DNA of 64,000 nucleotides from Candidatus Woesearchaeota archaeon (GCA_016188045.1 JACPIM010000002.1:108737-172736), one strand, 5' to 3'. Positions 28,047 to 37,849 are shown, counted from the first letter of the stretch. Notes: generated from the letters alone by a model not told the origin. Numbers and translations: made by a program.

Positions 28047-28469
28047 CTATACAAATCTTTTCAGTATATTTTTTATTCCATCAATACTCGAACTCTTATT
28101 ATTGCCAGAAATTCTGTGCCATGCACCTTCTAGCATCATACCCAAGTTCTCAGAGTCAATGCTGGACTTTGACCTGTATCCAATTATAGGTTTTTGAGCT
28201 ATATAAATTCTTTGATATTCCATCGCAACTCCAGCACTAGCCTGGTCAAATACTATTAGCATTAAATCTGAAGTATCTACTGCTCTTTCGTTTGCTTCTA
28301 ATATCTCAATAGGACTCAATCTTGTGTCAATAGGTACCTCAATTTGAGGCAAGTAGGTGTCAAAACCCAGATCATTACATAATTTGAACAAATCCAGATT
28401 AAGCCTTTGTTGTTTGTAATCTCCAATTTTAGAAGAAATGAATATTCTTGAAGTTTTTCTTTTAGACAT
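28047..28469 (-). CDS. Nucleoside 2-deoxyribosyltransferase / N-glycosidase (NDT/Rcl family)
   Basis: IFISS, YLPQ, SDLMLIVFD, SAGVAME (catalytic Glu) and KPIIGY motifs. Confidence 0.8.
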   Translation of the reverse strand: MSKRKTSRIFISSKIGDYKQQRLNLDLFKLCNDLGFDTYLPQIEVPIDTRLSPIEILEANERAVDTSDLMLIVFDQASAGVAMEYQRIYIAQKPIIGYRSKSSIDSENLGMMLEGAWHRISGNNKSSSIDGIKNILKRFV

Positions 28470-29031
28470 TTATTCCCCTATCTCCTAGTATTTTTTTAGT
28501 CGTTGCAATTGATTCTCTGTAAAAATCCCTTAGGTTTCCGTTGTTACTTATTCTTGCATCAACAGTGATCAATAATTCATCTGTCCCTAAGGCTCTTTCC
28601 CTATCTTCTAATTCTAAGAAAGCTTCTAAAGTTAGAGGGTCTCCCTCTCTACCACGTAATACTGTTCTATTGTATCTAATATCCCTATCAGCATAAATTC
28701 CAATAGTTATCAATCCAGAAGCACAACTTTTGATAGATTGTTTATCTGCCAACTCCCTTAAAGAATCAACAACTATGACTTGATTGTCTACCAATAGTTT
28801 TTCAATATATGGCTTTGCAATGTCCATAAAATGGTTATTTGTTTCTTCCCTAATTTTATCGCTGACTCTTGCTATGTTTTCTACAGTTAGTTCTAAATCT
28901 CTACGTTTTACTTCAGCCCTCACAATATCTCCAGTAGATAACGAAGGTATTTTGAGATCTCTCTTTACAAAATGTGAATAAGTTCCTTTTCCTGAATTTG
29001 AATAACCCACCAATCCTATTACAAAGCTCAT
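28462..29031 (-). CDS. P-loop nucleoside/nucleotide kinase (UPF0200/dephospho-CoA-kinase-like)
   Basis: GYSNSGKGT, STGDIVR, VVDSLR and RGREGD motifs. Confidence 0.8.
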   Translation of the reverse strand: MSFVIGLVGYSNSGKGTYSHFVKRDLKIPSLSTGDIVRAEVKRRDLELTVENIARVSDKIREETNNHFMDIAKPYIEKLLVDNQVIVVDSLRELADKQSIKSCASGLITIGIYADRDIRYNRTVLRGREGDPLTLEAFLELEDRERALGTDELLITVDARISNNGNLRDFYRESIATTKKILGDRGINV

Positions 29032-29657
29032 CTTTTTCTCATTAAATAATGATCCAATTTAATTTTCGCAATTCCTACATCAACAGTTTGTTTTCTTTCT
29101 AAGTGAAAATATTTCTCTAGTTTAGAATCTAATTTTCGCAAGTTATGAAAATCACTTTTAACTTCATAAACTTCTCCTGTTAAAGACCTATATCTTAAAT
29201 TTTCTTCCCCTCCTCTAAATTGTATCATACTTTCAGCGTTAAAATTCGCCAAAATTAATTTTCCATTAGTTTTTAGAACCTTTGAAATTCCACCCAAAAA
29301 GGCTTGTAAATCTTGTACGTGATCTAGAACAAATGATGTATGTACAAGATCACTTATTCTAGTTTCCAGATGGACTTCTGGAAACTGTCCTAATATGTAC
29401 ATGGCTTTTGGAACCTGTCGTGAATTAAGTTTTATCATTTCAATAGAAACGTCTACTCCTATCTTATCCTGAGCCCTAATCTTTCTTAAAAATGAACCAT
29501 CAGCACAACCTATATCGATCACTGTATCATATATGCTTCCACTAATTATCTCTCCAGTTAATTCTTCTTCTAACTTTCTTACTGCGGCAGTAGTTGGATG
29601 GTTAACAGCATCGCTATATTCCTCAGCAATCTTGTCATAGAATTCCCTAACTTCCAT
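29028..29657 (-). CDS. Class I SAM-dependent methyltransferase
   Basis: VIDIGCADG, GVDVSIEMI and VLKTNGKL motifs. Confidence 0.88.
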   Translation of the reverse strand: MEVREFYDKIAEEYSDAVNHPTTAAVRKLEEELTGEIISGSIYDTVIDIGCADGSFLRKIRAQDKIGVDVSIEMIKLNSRQVPKAMYILGQFPEVHLETRISDLVHTSFVLDHVQDLQAFLGGISKVLKTNGKLILANFNAESMIQFRGGEENLRYRSLTGEVYEVKSDFHNLRKLDSKLEKYFHLERKQTVDVGIAKIKLDHYLMRKR

Positions 29658-29737
29658 ATTATTTCCGAAATTTCAAACTATTTAAAAAGATTAATCTATA
29701 ACCAACAATAATAAGTTACGGTGCCTATTTGTAAAAT

Positions 29738-29850
29738 GTGGGCAACTAACCAAGGTTCCCACGCGAAGCGCAGTACAGCTTGGAACGTGTACGGTCTTGA
29801 CTGCCAAGTTCGAAATGGGTTTGGGTAGAACCGTAGCTATGGTCGCCCTA
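29738..29850 (-). rRNA. rrf: 5S rRNA (stand-alone)
   Basis: Reverse complement GGGCGACCATAGC...CCCATTTCGAAC...AGTCAAG...GTACTG...GGGAAC...GTTGCCC; helix I GGGCGAC/GTTGCCC; ends approximate. Confidence 0.92.
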
Positions 29851-30132
29851 TTTTTTAAGTTTAGCAAGAGGTTTATAAAATTTTCTATCCCTATTTTCAA
29901 CAGCTTTGCCTATTGTACCACCAAGATAATTATGATCAATGAACCATGTAGGCCTTAATTCAGTAGTCTCTGGATCCTGGGTGTATACCATACCAGAGCG
30001 CGCCCCGTAAACTAGTTTAACTTCTGGCTGTATTTGTTCTTCATTTTTACTCATTAATTTACAATAAGTACCAACAGTTAAAACACCCAATAAAGTAACC
30101 AACCCAATATTTCTTATTCTTTCAGATATCAT
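29848..30132 (-). CDS. Small hypothetical membrane-anchored protein
   Basis: N-terminal TM; 3' end overlaps the probable 5S promoter. Confidence 0.5.
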   Translation of the reverse strand: MISERIRNIGLVTLLGVLTVGTYCKLMSKNEEQIQPEVKLVYGARSGMVYTQDPETTELRPTWFIDHNYLGGTIGKAVENRDRKFYKPLAKLKK

Positions 30133-30392
30133 AAGAATTCTCCTCTTCTTATTTTACTCATAACACCAAGCAATTCCCTGGTCCTCATATTGTAAAAACC
30201 GTTAGGCAAACCAACCTTATTCATTCTGCAATATTCTTTTACCCATTGTCTATATCCACCGACAGTAGAAGGGCCAACTTCCCATCTTGGCATTTTAACT
30301 TCTTGCCTTTGCGCTTGTTCTTCTACAGTTCTGTCTAAACCATTAAAATCCAGAAGCTCCAATTGCCCCATTATTTCTTTCCTTTTTGCCAT
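30129..30392 (-). CDS. Small hypothetical protein
   Basis: ORF with an upstream TATA box and an ATGA overlap. Confidence 0.55.
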   Translation of the reverse strand: MAKRKEIMGQLELLDFNGLDRTVEEQAQRQEVKMPRWEVGPSTVGGYRQWVKEYCRMNKVGLPNGFYNMRTRELLGVMSKIRRGEFL

Positions 30393-30515
30393 ATTTTTAT
30401 TTATACATTTAAAGTTTATAAATTTTTCTATTTTTATTTACCCCATAGTAGTAAATAAGATATATATAGCCTATTAGTCTTCTTTTTACTAAAATAAACA
30501 AGGGGTGCTATACTT

Positions 30516-31070
30516 ATGAAAGCAAAATCAAATAAACATGATCTTTCAGCTGTGTTAGTATTGTCTTTGGTTCTTACCTCAATATTAATAATAAATGGTA
30601 ACTTTAAAACAGGCCAAGTAGTTGGAGGACAAGGAAGCATACTGGCTGATTCAAATCCAGACGGAGCAAATATTTTAGTTAATGGAGTAAATCAAGGATT
30701 TACAGCAAGAACAGTTCCAGTTTCAGTAGGAACACATAACGTTGTTATAAGCAAAACAGGCTACTTAGATTATAGCACTACAGTTAACGTTGCTTCAGGA
30801 GAAATAGTAAGAGTCAATACAAATTTAATGGTTGATCCGAATTATTGGGACAGCACACAATATGGTTCTGTAACAGTAATGTCAACTCCGCCAATGTCAA
30901 ATGTATTCATAGACGATGTTTACAAAGGAGTAACACCAATTACAATAAGAAATGTTTCACCAGGAACTCATGGAATTAGAGTTTCAAAAGCAGGATACAA
31001 TGAGTACATAAATACAATCTACACATATGCTCAACAAGACAACAATTTCAATGTAAACTTAGTTCCTTAA
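30516..31070 (+). CDS. PEGA-domain membrane-anchored protein
   Basis: Two repeats of S.P.GA.V.VDG...G.TP...G.H.I.VSK.GY. Confidence 0.9.
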   Translation: MKAKSNKHDLSAVLVLSLVLTSILIINGNFKTGQVVGGQGSILADSNPDGANILVNGVNQGFTARTVPVSVGTHNVVISKTGYLDYSTTVNVASGEIVRVNTNLMVDPNYWDSTQYGSVTVMSTPPMSNVFIDDVYKGVTPITIRNVSPGTHGIRVSKAGYNEYINTIYTYAQQDNNFNVNLVP

Positions 31071-31137
31071 TTTCTATTTTTTATTTTATTTTTTCTAGTG
31101 TAATAATGCTTAAATACCCCACAACTAAATTATATCT

Positions 31138-31455
31138 ATGAGAAGTATAGCATTAACTTCAATAGGCTTAGCAGGATTATTAGTTTCTGGTTGTAGTAGT
31201 TTTTCTAGTGCTAATTATGGTTACCAGATAACTTATCCTAAATATGTTGAGATTTTAGCTAAAGATGCTGAAAGCTTAGCCCGTAGAGGTAATGCTGATG
31301 ATTTATATGAAGCTGGAAAGATCTTCATGAAAATTGGAAGAATAGAAAGAGCAGAGGGCGTTGCAGAAGCATTGTTAGAAAATAAAAGAAATTTCGCATT
31401 AAATTTGTATGATGAATTGCAAAGATATAGAGATTCACATCCATCAAAGAAATGA
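31138..31455 (+). CDS. Hypothetical lipoprotein
   Basis: Lipobox LVSGC; helical C-terminal half. Confidence 0.6.
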   Translation: MRSIALTSIGLAGLLVSGCSSFSSANYGYQITYPKYVEILAKDAESLARRGNADDLYEAGKIFMKIGRIERAEGVAEALLENKRNFALNLYDELQRYRDSHPSKK

Positions 31456-31456
31456 T

Positions 31457-31795
31457 TTAATACATTTTTAACTTTCCGGTTATCTTATCAATTTTATCCT
31501 CTTTATCAGGCCCAATGGCCAAACAAGTTTTGGTTGGTTCTTTAAAAAAAGTTTTTCCGGCATCAGTTATCAAAGAAGTTACTAATTTTAGTGCTTTGGC
31601 CTTTTTTTGAAAATCTAATAATTCTTTTTCATCCTTTACTTTAAGAATCACTTTTTTCATCCCCTGTTCTCGCCATTCTCTAACTATCATTTCAGAGGAT
31701 TTTAAAACTGCTTCAACAGAAGCATGGCTACATTGTGCTGCTAGCTTTCCCTTATCCATTCTCAAGTCCAGTCTACAGAGAATTACTTGTTTCAT
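31457..31795 (-). CDS. pth2: Peptidyl-tRNA hydrolase Pth2
   Basis: GKLAAQCSHA, DAGKT and TCLAIGP motifs. Confidence 0.95.
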   Translation of the reverse strand: MKQVILCRLDLRMDKGKLAAQCSHASVEAVLKSSEMIVREWREQGMKKVILKVKDEKELLDFQKKAKALKLVTSLITDAGKTFFKEPTKTCLAIGPDKEDKIDKITGKLKMY

Positions 31796-31869
31796 AAAAT
31801 TTTTATTACTTTGTCGTTTAAAAAACTTTTGAAGTAACTTTTATATAATATTAGATACTACATAAATGC

Positions 31870-32385
31870 ATGAAAAGGGGTTTATTTTTGTTATTTCTTG
31901 TATTATTTAGTGCTTTCGTTAGTTCAAGGTCTATTGATTTAATAACTAGCTCAAATTATCAAATTGAAGATAAGAATATTACCCTATTAAGAGTATATGA
32001 AGATAAGGCCTTGGTTTGCGTGAATGGATTCAAAACAATAGTAACAGAAAACGTCATAAAAAAAGTAAATGGTGTTAATATAGAATTAAGAAATACTAGG
32101 GATAGTATTGCAAATTTTGATTTTGATTATTCCTGCAAAGGCTCCTGTGTTTGTACAGATGATTGCAACAATAATCCCTGTCTTAAAGAAAGTAATGAAA
32201 TAATTCCAGAAATTAACCAGATCGAAGATGGTCAAGCCAGCAACGAAATAATAGATAACCTAGTTGAAACAGGAGAAGATGAAGTTGTAACAAGTGAAAA
32301 CATAGGTATTGGAAGCATCATAATTGCAGCCTTAATTATTATTGTCCTATTTCTAGGAGTAATCATATTATGGAAGGTATATTAG
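31870..32385 (+). CDS. Secreted, TM-anchored hypothetical protein with a Cys cluster
   Basis: Signal peptide, CKGSCVCTDDCNNNPC, C-terminal TM. Confidence 0.7.
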   Translation: MKRGLFLLFLVLFSAFVSSRSIDLITSSNYQIEDKNITLLRVYEDKALVCVNGFKTIVTENVIKKVNGVNIELRNTRDSIANFDFDYSCKGSCVCTDDCNNNPCLKESNEIIPEINQIEDGQASNEIIDNLVETGEDEVVTSENIGIGSIIIAALIIIVLFLGVIILWKVY

Positions 32386-32681
32386 CGTTTTAATTTTCTC
32401 TTTGCTTCTTCCTCAAGTTTATCAAATATCTTGTGCGTTACCTTAGCAATATCCCAGTCATCTGCCTGCGCAATTATTTTTATTTTCGGAGCCTCTATTT
32501 TTCCATTAATAGAAATTTTTGCTCTCGTTCCTTGGCTTTTTGAATGTGTCTTTATCACCAGAACCAAAGTTTCATCAGGATAATATCTTTCTAATTTTGG
32601 ATATGCTTTTTCAGAAATTTCAGTTAATTTCTCCATGTCTTTTTCATTTAAATTATCTAAACCCACATATTGAATTGGCAT
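32382..32681 (-). CDS. Possible HPF/RaiA-like ribosome-associated domain protein
   Basis: Length and beta-alpha-beta3-alpha pattern ending AQADDWDIAKVTHKIFDKLE. Confidence 0.45.
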   Translation of the reverse strand: MPIQYVGLDNLNEKDMEKLTEISEKAYPKLERYYPDETLVLVIKTHSKSQGTRAKISINGKIEAPKIKIIAQADDWDIAKVTHKIFDKLEEEAKRKLKR

Positions 32682-32694
32682 AATTTATCACCCT

Positions 32695-33378
32695 TTATTT
32701 AATCTCTTTTAATTTTCCAAAGTTATAAACTTTATCCTCCACAATAAATATTTCAAAATTTCTTAAATCTTTCAAATAAGGAGATAAAAACTTTTCTTTT
32801 GTTATATCAGATCCTTCTATTAAAGGATTAAATGAAGGCATTACTATTAAATTATGCGATTTATACTTTCCTTTCAAAAAACACTTAAATCTTTCATCTG
32901 GTCTTTCCTTGAATGAAATTGCAGGATGTTCGTGGCTTATTATTACTGTTTTTTTTAGGTTTTTTACTATAGCATCCCCGTGTATTATAGAAATACTATC
33001 TATATCTAGCTTTTCTTTTATTTCTATATCCCTCTTTCTTGCAATGGGCTCTAAAATAGTATCATGATTTCCCTTAATAAAAATTAATTTATATTTTTCT
33101 TTTAAAGAATCTATAAATTTTAATGAATCCCTCCATTCCTGTTGGCTTATTCTGCCGAATTCATCTTTCAAGTCACCATTTATGATTATTATTTTTGGTT
33201 TTGCTTTTTCTATTATTTTATTAACGCTTTTTATGACTTGATCTATCTGAGAATACGGAACTAAAATACCTTGATTTACTAAAGACTCTTCAAAACCCAG
33301 ATGCAAGTCACCAAATATTAAGTAATCTTTATATTTTAAAGCTAAATCAACTATTTCTATATTATCTAGTATTTTCAT
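32695..33378 (-). CDS. Metallophosphoesterase (COG1407, Lhr-associated)
   Basis: GDLHLG, NGDLK, KGNHD, IHGD, SHEHP and MPSFN motifs. Confidence 0.9.
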   Translation of the reverse strand: MKILDNIEIVDLALKYKDYLIFGDLHLGFEESLVNQGILVPYSQIDQVIKSVNKIIEKAKPKIIIINGDLKDEFGRISQQEWRDSLKFIDSLKEKYKLIFIKGNHDTILEPIARKRDIEIKEKLDIDSISIIHGDAIVKNLKKTVIISHEHPAISFKERPDERFKCFLKGKYKSHNLIVMPSFNPLIEGSDITKEKFLSPYLKDLRNFEIFIVEDKVYNFGKLKEIK

Positions 33379-33413
33379 TAATAAAAGAGAAATAAGAAAA
33401 AATAAAAAGGTTT

Positions 33414-34127
33414 CTAACCTCTTCTAAACAAACGCCTTGTTTGACCTGTTGTTAAATTACCCAATGGCTGAGTTGAAGTTGATGTAGATGAAGAAGTACT
33501 TGTCTCTGCGCTAGTGCTTGTAGTAAACTCCGTGGTTGAAGTTGTTATTTCTGTTGTTGTGCTTGTTTCTCCAGTTGTTGTACTAGTTAACTCTGTTGTA
33601 GAAGTGCTACTTGACGAAGTGCTTGTCGTTTCTTCAGTAGTGCTGGATGTTGTAGATGAAGTTGAACTTGTTGAGGTACTAGAAGTTGTTGTACCGGCCT
33701 CATTTCTGCAAATTTCTTTGCATTGTAAATCAGCATCTCTAACTTCTTCTTCACAAGATTTCTTCTCTTCCCTTGCTGATTTTCTACATTCCCTATAGTC
33801 TCCAATACAATCCATCTTTTGACTCAAATAATTTACCCTGCATACATTTCTGCTTTCACCTGAAGATTTACATTCCTCATAGTTATTGTTTGCTTCTTCT
33901 GTACAGGATTTATAAGTTTCTCTGCAATCAGAAGTATCATCTTTATACGTTTGTACACAGTCGCTTCTATCTGTTAATTTCTCTTCTCTGCATTCACTAT
34001 AGCAATCACGTATGAATCTTCCATGACCTTGGGAATCAAAATCGGTGTGGGGGTTTACAGCATAAACTGCAATTGCTGAGAGTATTATCATAGAAAAAAG
34101 AATATACAATATAGCTTTTCTTTTCAT
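33414..34127 (-). CDS. Secreted helical Cys-repeat protein with Ser/Thr-rich tail
   Basis: Signal peptide, periodic Cys in charged helices, long S/T tract; upstream GGAGG. Confidence 0.75.
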   Translation of the reverse strand: MKRKAILYILFSMIILSAIAVYAVNPHTDFDSQGHGRFIRDCYSECREEKLTDRSDCVQTYKDDTSDCRETYKSCTEEANNNYEECKSSGESRNVCRVNYLSQKMDCIGDYRECRKSAREEKKSCEEEVRDADLQCKEICRNEAGTTTSSTSTSSTSSTTSSTTEETTSTSSSSTSTTELTSTTTGETSTTTEITTSTTEFTTSTSAETSTSSSTSTSTQPLGNLTTGQTRRLFRRG

Positions 34128-34268
34128 AAACCTTACCTCCTTTTGTTAAAAAAGGCCCTTATTATTTTTAAATATTATTGTGATTAATTTATATATCAAA
34201 TTTTTTAGCAAGTGGTAGTAAAATTAAGCTCATTTTTGATAAATTTTTAAAAAATTAAATAAGCAAGT

Positions 34269-34814
34269 TTAGTCTTTTCGTATAAATAACGTAGCCCCGC
34301 TTTTTTCTTGATTAAAGTTTATTGGAATATCTCTAATCGCAAGTCTTATGCCTTCGCTTGCTTTAGGTGGTATCTTATCACCGAGCAAACATGTGACCAT
34401 TAATGTACTTTCAAAGCTTTGTCCAACATTATCAGGATCAATTATGACTTTAATAAGGGCTCTACCACCTTCAAAATTATCTGGTAAACCTTGTGAACCA
34501 CCGTTGCCATATGATTGGAAAGTTATTAACTTAGTAACAATCCACTTGCCGGTTCCAATAATTTCCCCATTTGAATTTTTATGTATAACAGTACCAGATC
34601 CAGTAATATTTTTTGGTTTTGTATTAAAGCTTCCTTCACCAACAAGTTCAATAGTATCCCCGTTTTTAGCTGTTGATATTACATTACCAAAGTCTCTCAG
34701 AAACCCGGTACCTATCATAAAATCATATTTAGAGTTTTCTCTTGCTGTTATAAAAGGCACTAATAAGCAAATCATTAAAAACAGAATAAGAATCTTGTTA
34801 ACAACGAATTTCAT
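34269..34814 (-). CDS. Secreted hypothetical beta-rich protein
   Basis: Signal peptide and Gly-rich beta strands. Confidence 0.65.
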   Translation of the reverse strand: MKFVVNKILILFLMICLLVPFITARENSKYDFMIGTGFLRDFGNVISTAKNGDTIELVGEGSFNTKPKNITGSGTVIHKNSNGEIIGTGKWIVTKLITFQSYGNGGSQGLPDNFEGGRALIKVIIDPDNVGQSFESTLMVTCLLGDKIPPKASEGIRLAIRDIPINFNQEKSGATLFIRKD

Positions 34815-34877
34815 ATATTTTAACAAGCTTTTTCTTTTTTTATATCCTTTGTTTAATCATAAAAAATATTTTAAAGC

Positions 34878-37451
34878 TTATTTTTGATAAATCTTAGCTA
34901 AGACCATATCGTGCATCCTTCTTATAAATTCTATTTTATCTTCCATCTTCATTACGTCTGTGTACCCCTGTAAAACTAAATTAAAAGCAAATGGTGTTGG
35001 TAATGTAGTATGGATTTGTTTTACTTCAACTTTTCCAGATTTTATCTCAGCTAAAACTTTTTTTGCATTTTCAATATCCATTAAATCCTGCAAAACTTCT
35101 CTTCTAGCTTCTTTCAATATTGAAAAGTCATTATCTATTGCTTTCACGGCCTTTAGTAATATCATTGAAGAAACAGTTTGTCTGCCAACTTTTTTAACTC
35201 TTCCTTTATAAGATCTCAATATCATTAAAGCCCTCATAGCACAATGCCTAAATCTTCTTTTCAATACTTCTGTTTTCTCAATCGCCCTCTTCATTACTTC
35301 TTCTAAATTCTCGCCAGTTAATAATTCGAAAGCCCTCAAAACCTGCATATTTTGATAAGAACTTAAATAAAAACCGTTGTCATTTATTCCAATTTCAACA
35401 TCTCTCTTTTGTATTTTAGCTATCGCATAAGCTACTGCTCTTGATAAGACATCATTAACCCTTCTTCCGTATAGAGAATGGAAAACAACATATTTTTTAT
35501 TTTTTTCGTCATGATAAAATTCTATTAATAATTTTCTATCATCCGGAATTTCAGAGTATAAATATTGCTCATTAAAATATTCATAAATTGCATTTGCCGA
35601 GTTATTATCTAAATATAAGTATTCATTGATAAACTTGATTATCTCTTCCTTTGTTTTTTTATTAACAAATAAATCTTCAACATATCTTCTAAATTTCTGA
35701 ATATCATTTGCTAAATCAAAGCTTAAAGGAAGCATTTCAGAAAACCAACTAGGAACCGTAGGGTTTTTTTCAGGAACAGCCTTAACTTGCGCTACTGTTC
35801 CTCTGGAAAACAGAAATTGGTAAGTGCTCCCCCCCAAAACAAATATATCTCCTCTTTTTAACCTCTCTAAAAACACTTCATCTATAGATCCAATAACTTG
35901 CTCTCCTATTTTGACTTTAACAGAGGTTTCATCAGGTATTGTTCCTATGTTGGTCATGTAAAGAACTCTTGCTAATTTACCCCTTTTTCCTATGTTCTTG
36001 GTTTTTTGATCATACCATATTTTAGCATAAATATAACGATTTTCTAAAGAGGAATATTCTCCGGCTAAATATTTTATAATCTCATCAAAATCTTTTCTTT
36101 GTAAATCCCTATAAGGATAAGCTTGTTTTATTAATTTGAATAAATTATCAACATTCCATATTCTTTGAATAGCCATACCAAATATTTGCTGTGCTAAAAC
36201 ATCCAGGCAATTTTTAGGTATGTGTATCTTGTCTATCTTTTTTTCTATTGCCGATTTTAATAAAACGGAGCATTCAACTAAGTCATCTCTGTCTAAAACT
36301 ATTAATCTTCCTTTAACAGTATCATGTAATGCATGTCCACTGCGACCCACTCGTTGGACAAAACGGGCAACTGACTTTGGTGAACCCAAGCAAATAACCA
36401 AGTCTATAAAACCAATATCTATTCCCAATTCTAAGCTTGTGGAGCAAACAACAGCTTTTAATTTTCCTTCTCTTAATTTCTGCTCAACATCTAGCCTGTG
36501 TTTTTTTGATAAAGACCCGTGATGTGCTGCGATATTCTCAATATATTTCTTGGGGAATTTCTCTTTTAAATGATGAACTACTCTTTCCGTTCCTGCTCTA
36601 GTATTTGTAAATATTAACGTTGTTTTATGTTGCTCTAGTAATTCATCAAGCAAAGAATAAAGTTTATGATGTAATTGATATTGTGTAATATTTATTAAAT
36701 CAGAAACCGGGGAAATTACTTTTAAATCATATTTTTTTAAATGTTGAACATCAGCTATTTTACAGTTTCTTTTAGAACCAACTAAAAATTGAGCAATTTC
36801 CTCTAAAGGAGCCACTGTTGCCGATAACCCAATTCTTATCATATCTTCAGACATTTTTCCCAATCTTTCTAACGAAAGTGATAAGTGCGTTCCTCTTTTA
36901 TTCTCAGCCAATGAATGTATTTCATCAACTATACAGTATTGAACATCTTTCAATAACTCTGAAAACTTTATTGATGACAGCATTAAAGCCAAGGATTCAG
37001 GGGTGGTTATTATTATGTGTGGGGTTGCTCTTAACATCTTTTGTTTATCTGCGGCTTTAGTGTCCCCAGTTCTAACACCGATTCTAATGCCAAAGGATTT
37101 ATTTGACTGAGAAGCCATTTCTTGTAAAGGTTTTATTAAATTAATTTCAATATCATTGGATAAGGCCTTTAACGGTGAAATGTAAACTACATAAACCCGG
37201 TTTTCCAATTTATTTTCTTCCGACAAATTAATTAATTCATTAATGATTGAAGTAAAAGCAGTTAATGTCTTACCAGAGCCAGTTGGCGCGGAAACCAAGA
37301 TATTTTCTTTTTTATGTATAGGAATTATAGCATATTTTTGTGGTTCTGAAAAAGTTTTAAATTTGTTTTTAAACCAAGTTCTAACTATAGGATTTAAAAT
37401 TTCAAATATTTCTTCATCACTATTTTGGTTTTTTATAAAGGTTAGAGACAT
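34878..37451 (-). CDS. lhr: Lhr-like ATP-dependent SF2 helicase
   Basis: APTGSGKT, DEIH, GLSAT, AHHGSLS and QRVGRSGH motifs. Confidence 0.95.
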   Translation of the reverse strand: MSLTFIKNQNSDEEIFEILNPIVRTWFKNKFKTFSEPQKYAIIPIHKKENILVSAPTGSGKTLTAFTSIINELINLSEENKLENRVYVVYISPLKALSNDIEINLIKPLQEMASQSNKSFGIRIGVRTGDTKAADKQKMLRATPHIIITTPESLALMLSSIKFSELLKDVQYCIVDEIHSLAENKRGTHLSLSLERLGKMSEDMIRIGLSATVAPLEEIAQFLVGSKRNCKIADVQHLKKYDLKVISPVSDLINITQYQLHHKLYSLLDELLEQHKTTLIFTNTRAGTERVVHHLKEKFPKKYIENIAAHHGSLSKKHRLDVEQKLREGKLKAVVCSTSLELGIDIGFIDLVICLGSPKSVARFVQRVGRSGHALHDTVKGRLIVLDRDDLVECSVLLKSAIEKKIDKIHIPKNCLDVLAQQIFGMAIQRIWNVDNLFKLIKQAYPYRDLQRKDFDEIIKYLAGEYSSLENRYIYAKIWYDQKTKNIGKRGKLARVLYMTNIGTIPDETSVKVKIGEQVIGSIDEVFLERLKRGDIFVLGGSTYQFLFSRGTVAQVKAVPEKNPTVPSWFSEMLPLSFDLANDIQKFRRYVEDLFVNKKTKEEIIKFINEYLYLDNNSANAIYEYFNEQYLYSEIPDDRKLLIEFYHDEKNKKYVVFHSLYGRRVNDVLSRAVAYAIAKIQKRDVEIGINDNGFYLSSYQNMQVLRAFELLTGENLEEVMKRAIEKTEVLKRRFRHCAMRALMILRSYKGRVKKVGRQTVSSMILLKAVKAIDNDFSILKEARREVLQDLMDIENAKKVLAEIKSGKVEVKQIHTTLPTPFAFNLVLQGYTDVMKMEDKIEFIRRMHDMVLAKIYQK

Positions 37452-37518
37452 TTTTAAAAGACGGGTGTAATAATGAAATTAGCTTCTTAAACTTATTGTT
37501 TCTATTTTAAGAAATTAG

Positions 37519-37803
37519 TTATACTACAACAACTGCCGGATTTCTTTGAAATTTTAATGCCCTTTCATAAATGTTCAATCTATTTATGAGTAAAAATCTT
37601 TCATTATAGTTAAGATCTTTTGTACAACCATTGAAAGGCACCACATCTCTTGAACCGTAAAGATCTAGATGTAAACGCAGAGATAATACATAGAAATCTA
37701 AAGCCCCGCCAGTTAATCCCTCTGGTTTGGGAAATGCCTCTTTCCACTCTTCTGGTTCTTCCTTAGTTAACTCTTCTGATGTAGGAATCGATTCTATTCC
37801 CAT
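37519..37803 (-). CDS. Hypothetical protein
   Basis: ORF with an upstream TATA box. Confidence 0.5.
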   Translation of the reverse strand: MGIESIPTSEELTKEEPEEWKEAFPKPEGLTGGALDFYVLSLRLHLDLYGSRDVVPFNGCTKDLNYNERFLLINRLNIYERALKFQRNPAVVVV

Positions 37804-37849
37804 AATAAATCTTAGAGAATAGAAATATATAAACTTGTTGTTTAATGTA

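Larger units (their letters stand above)
27680..29753. mobile_element. Integrase-less four-gene cassette flanked by 5S rRNA 3'-end direct repeats
   Basis: The 16-bp direct repeat brackets a tightly packed co-oriented operon. Confidence 0.6.

Noticed and set aside
29691-29900. 69-aa minus-strand ORF in the track
   Set aside because: It coincides with the 5S rRNA gene
33470-33700. Repetitive GTT/GAA/GTA-rich DNA with Val-rich antisense ORFs
   Set aside because: Explained by the Ser/Thr-rich tail of the 33414-34127 protein
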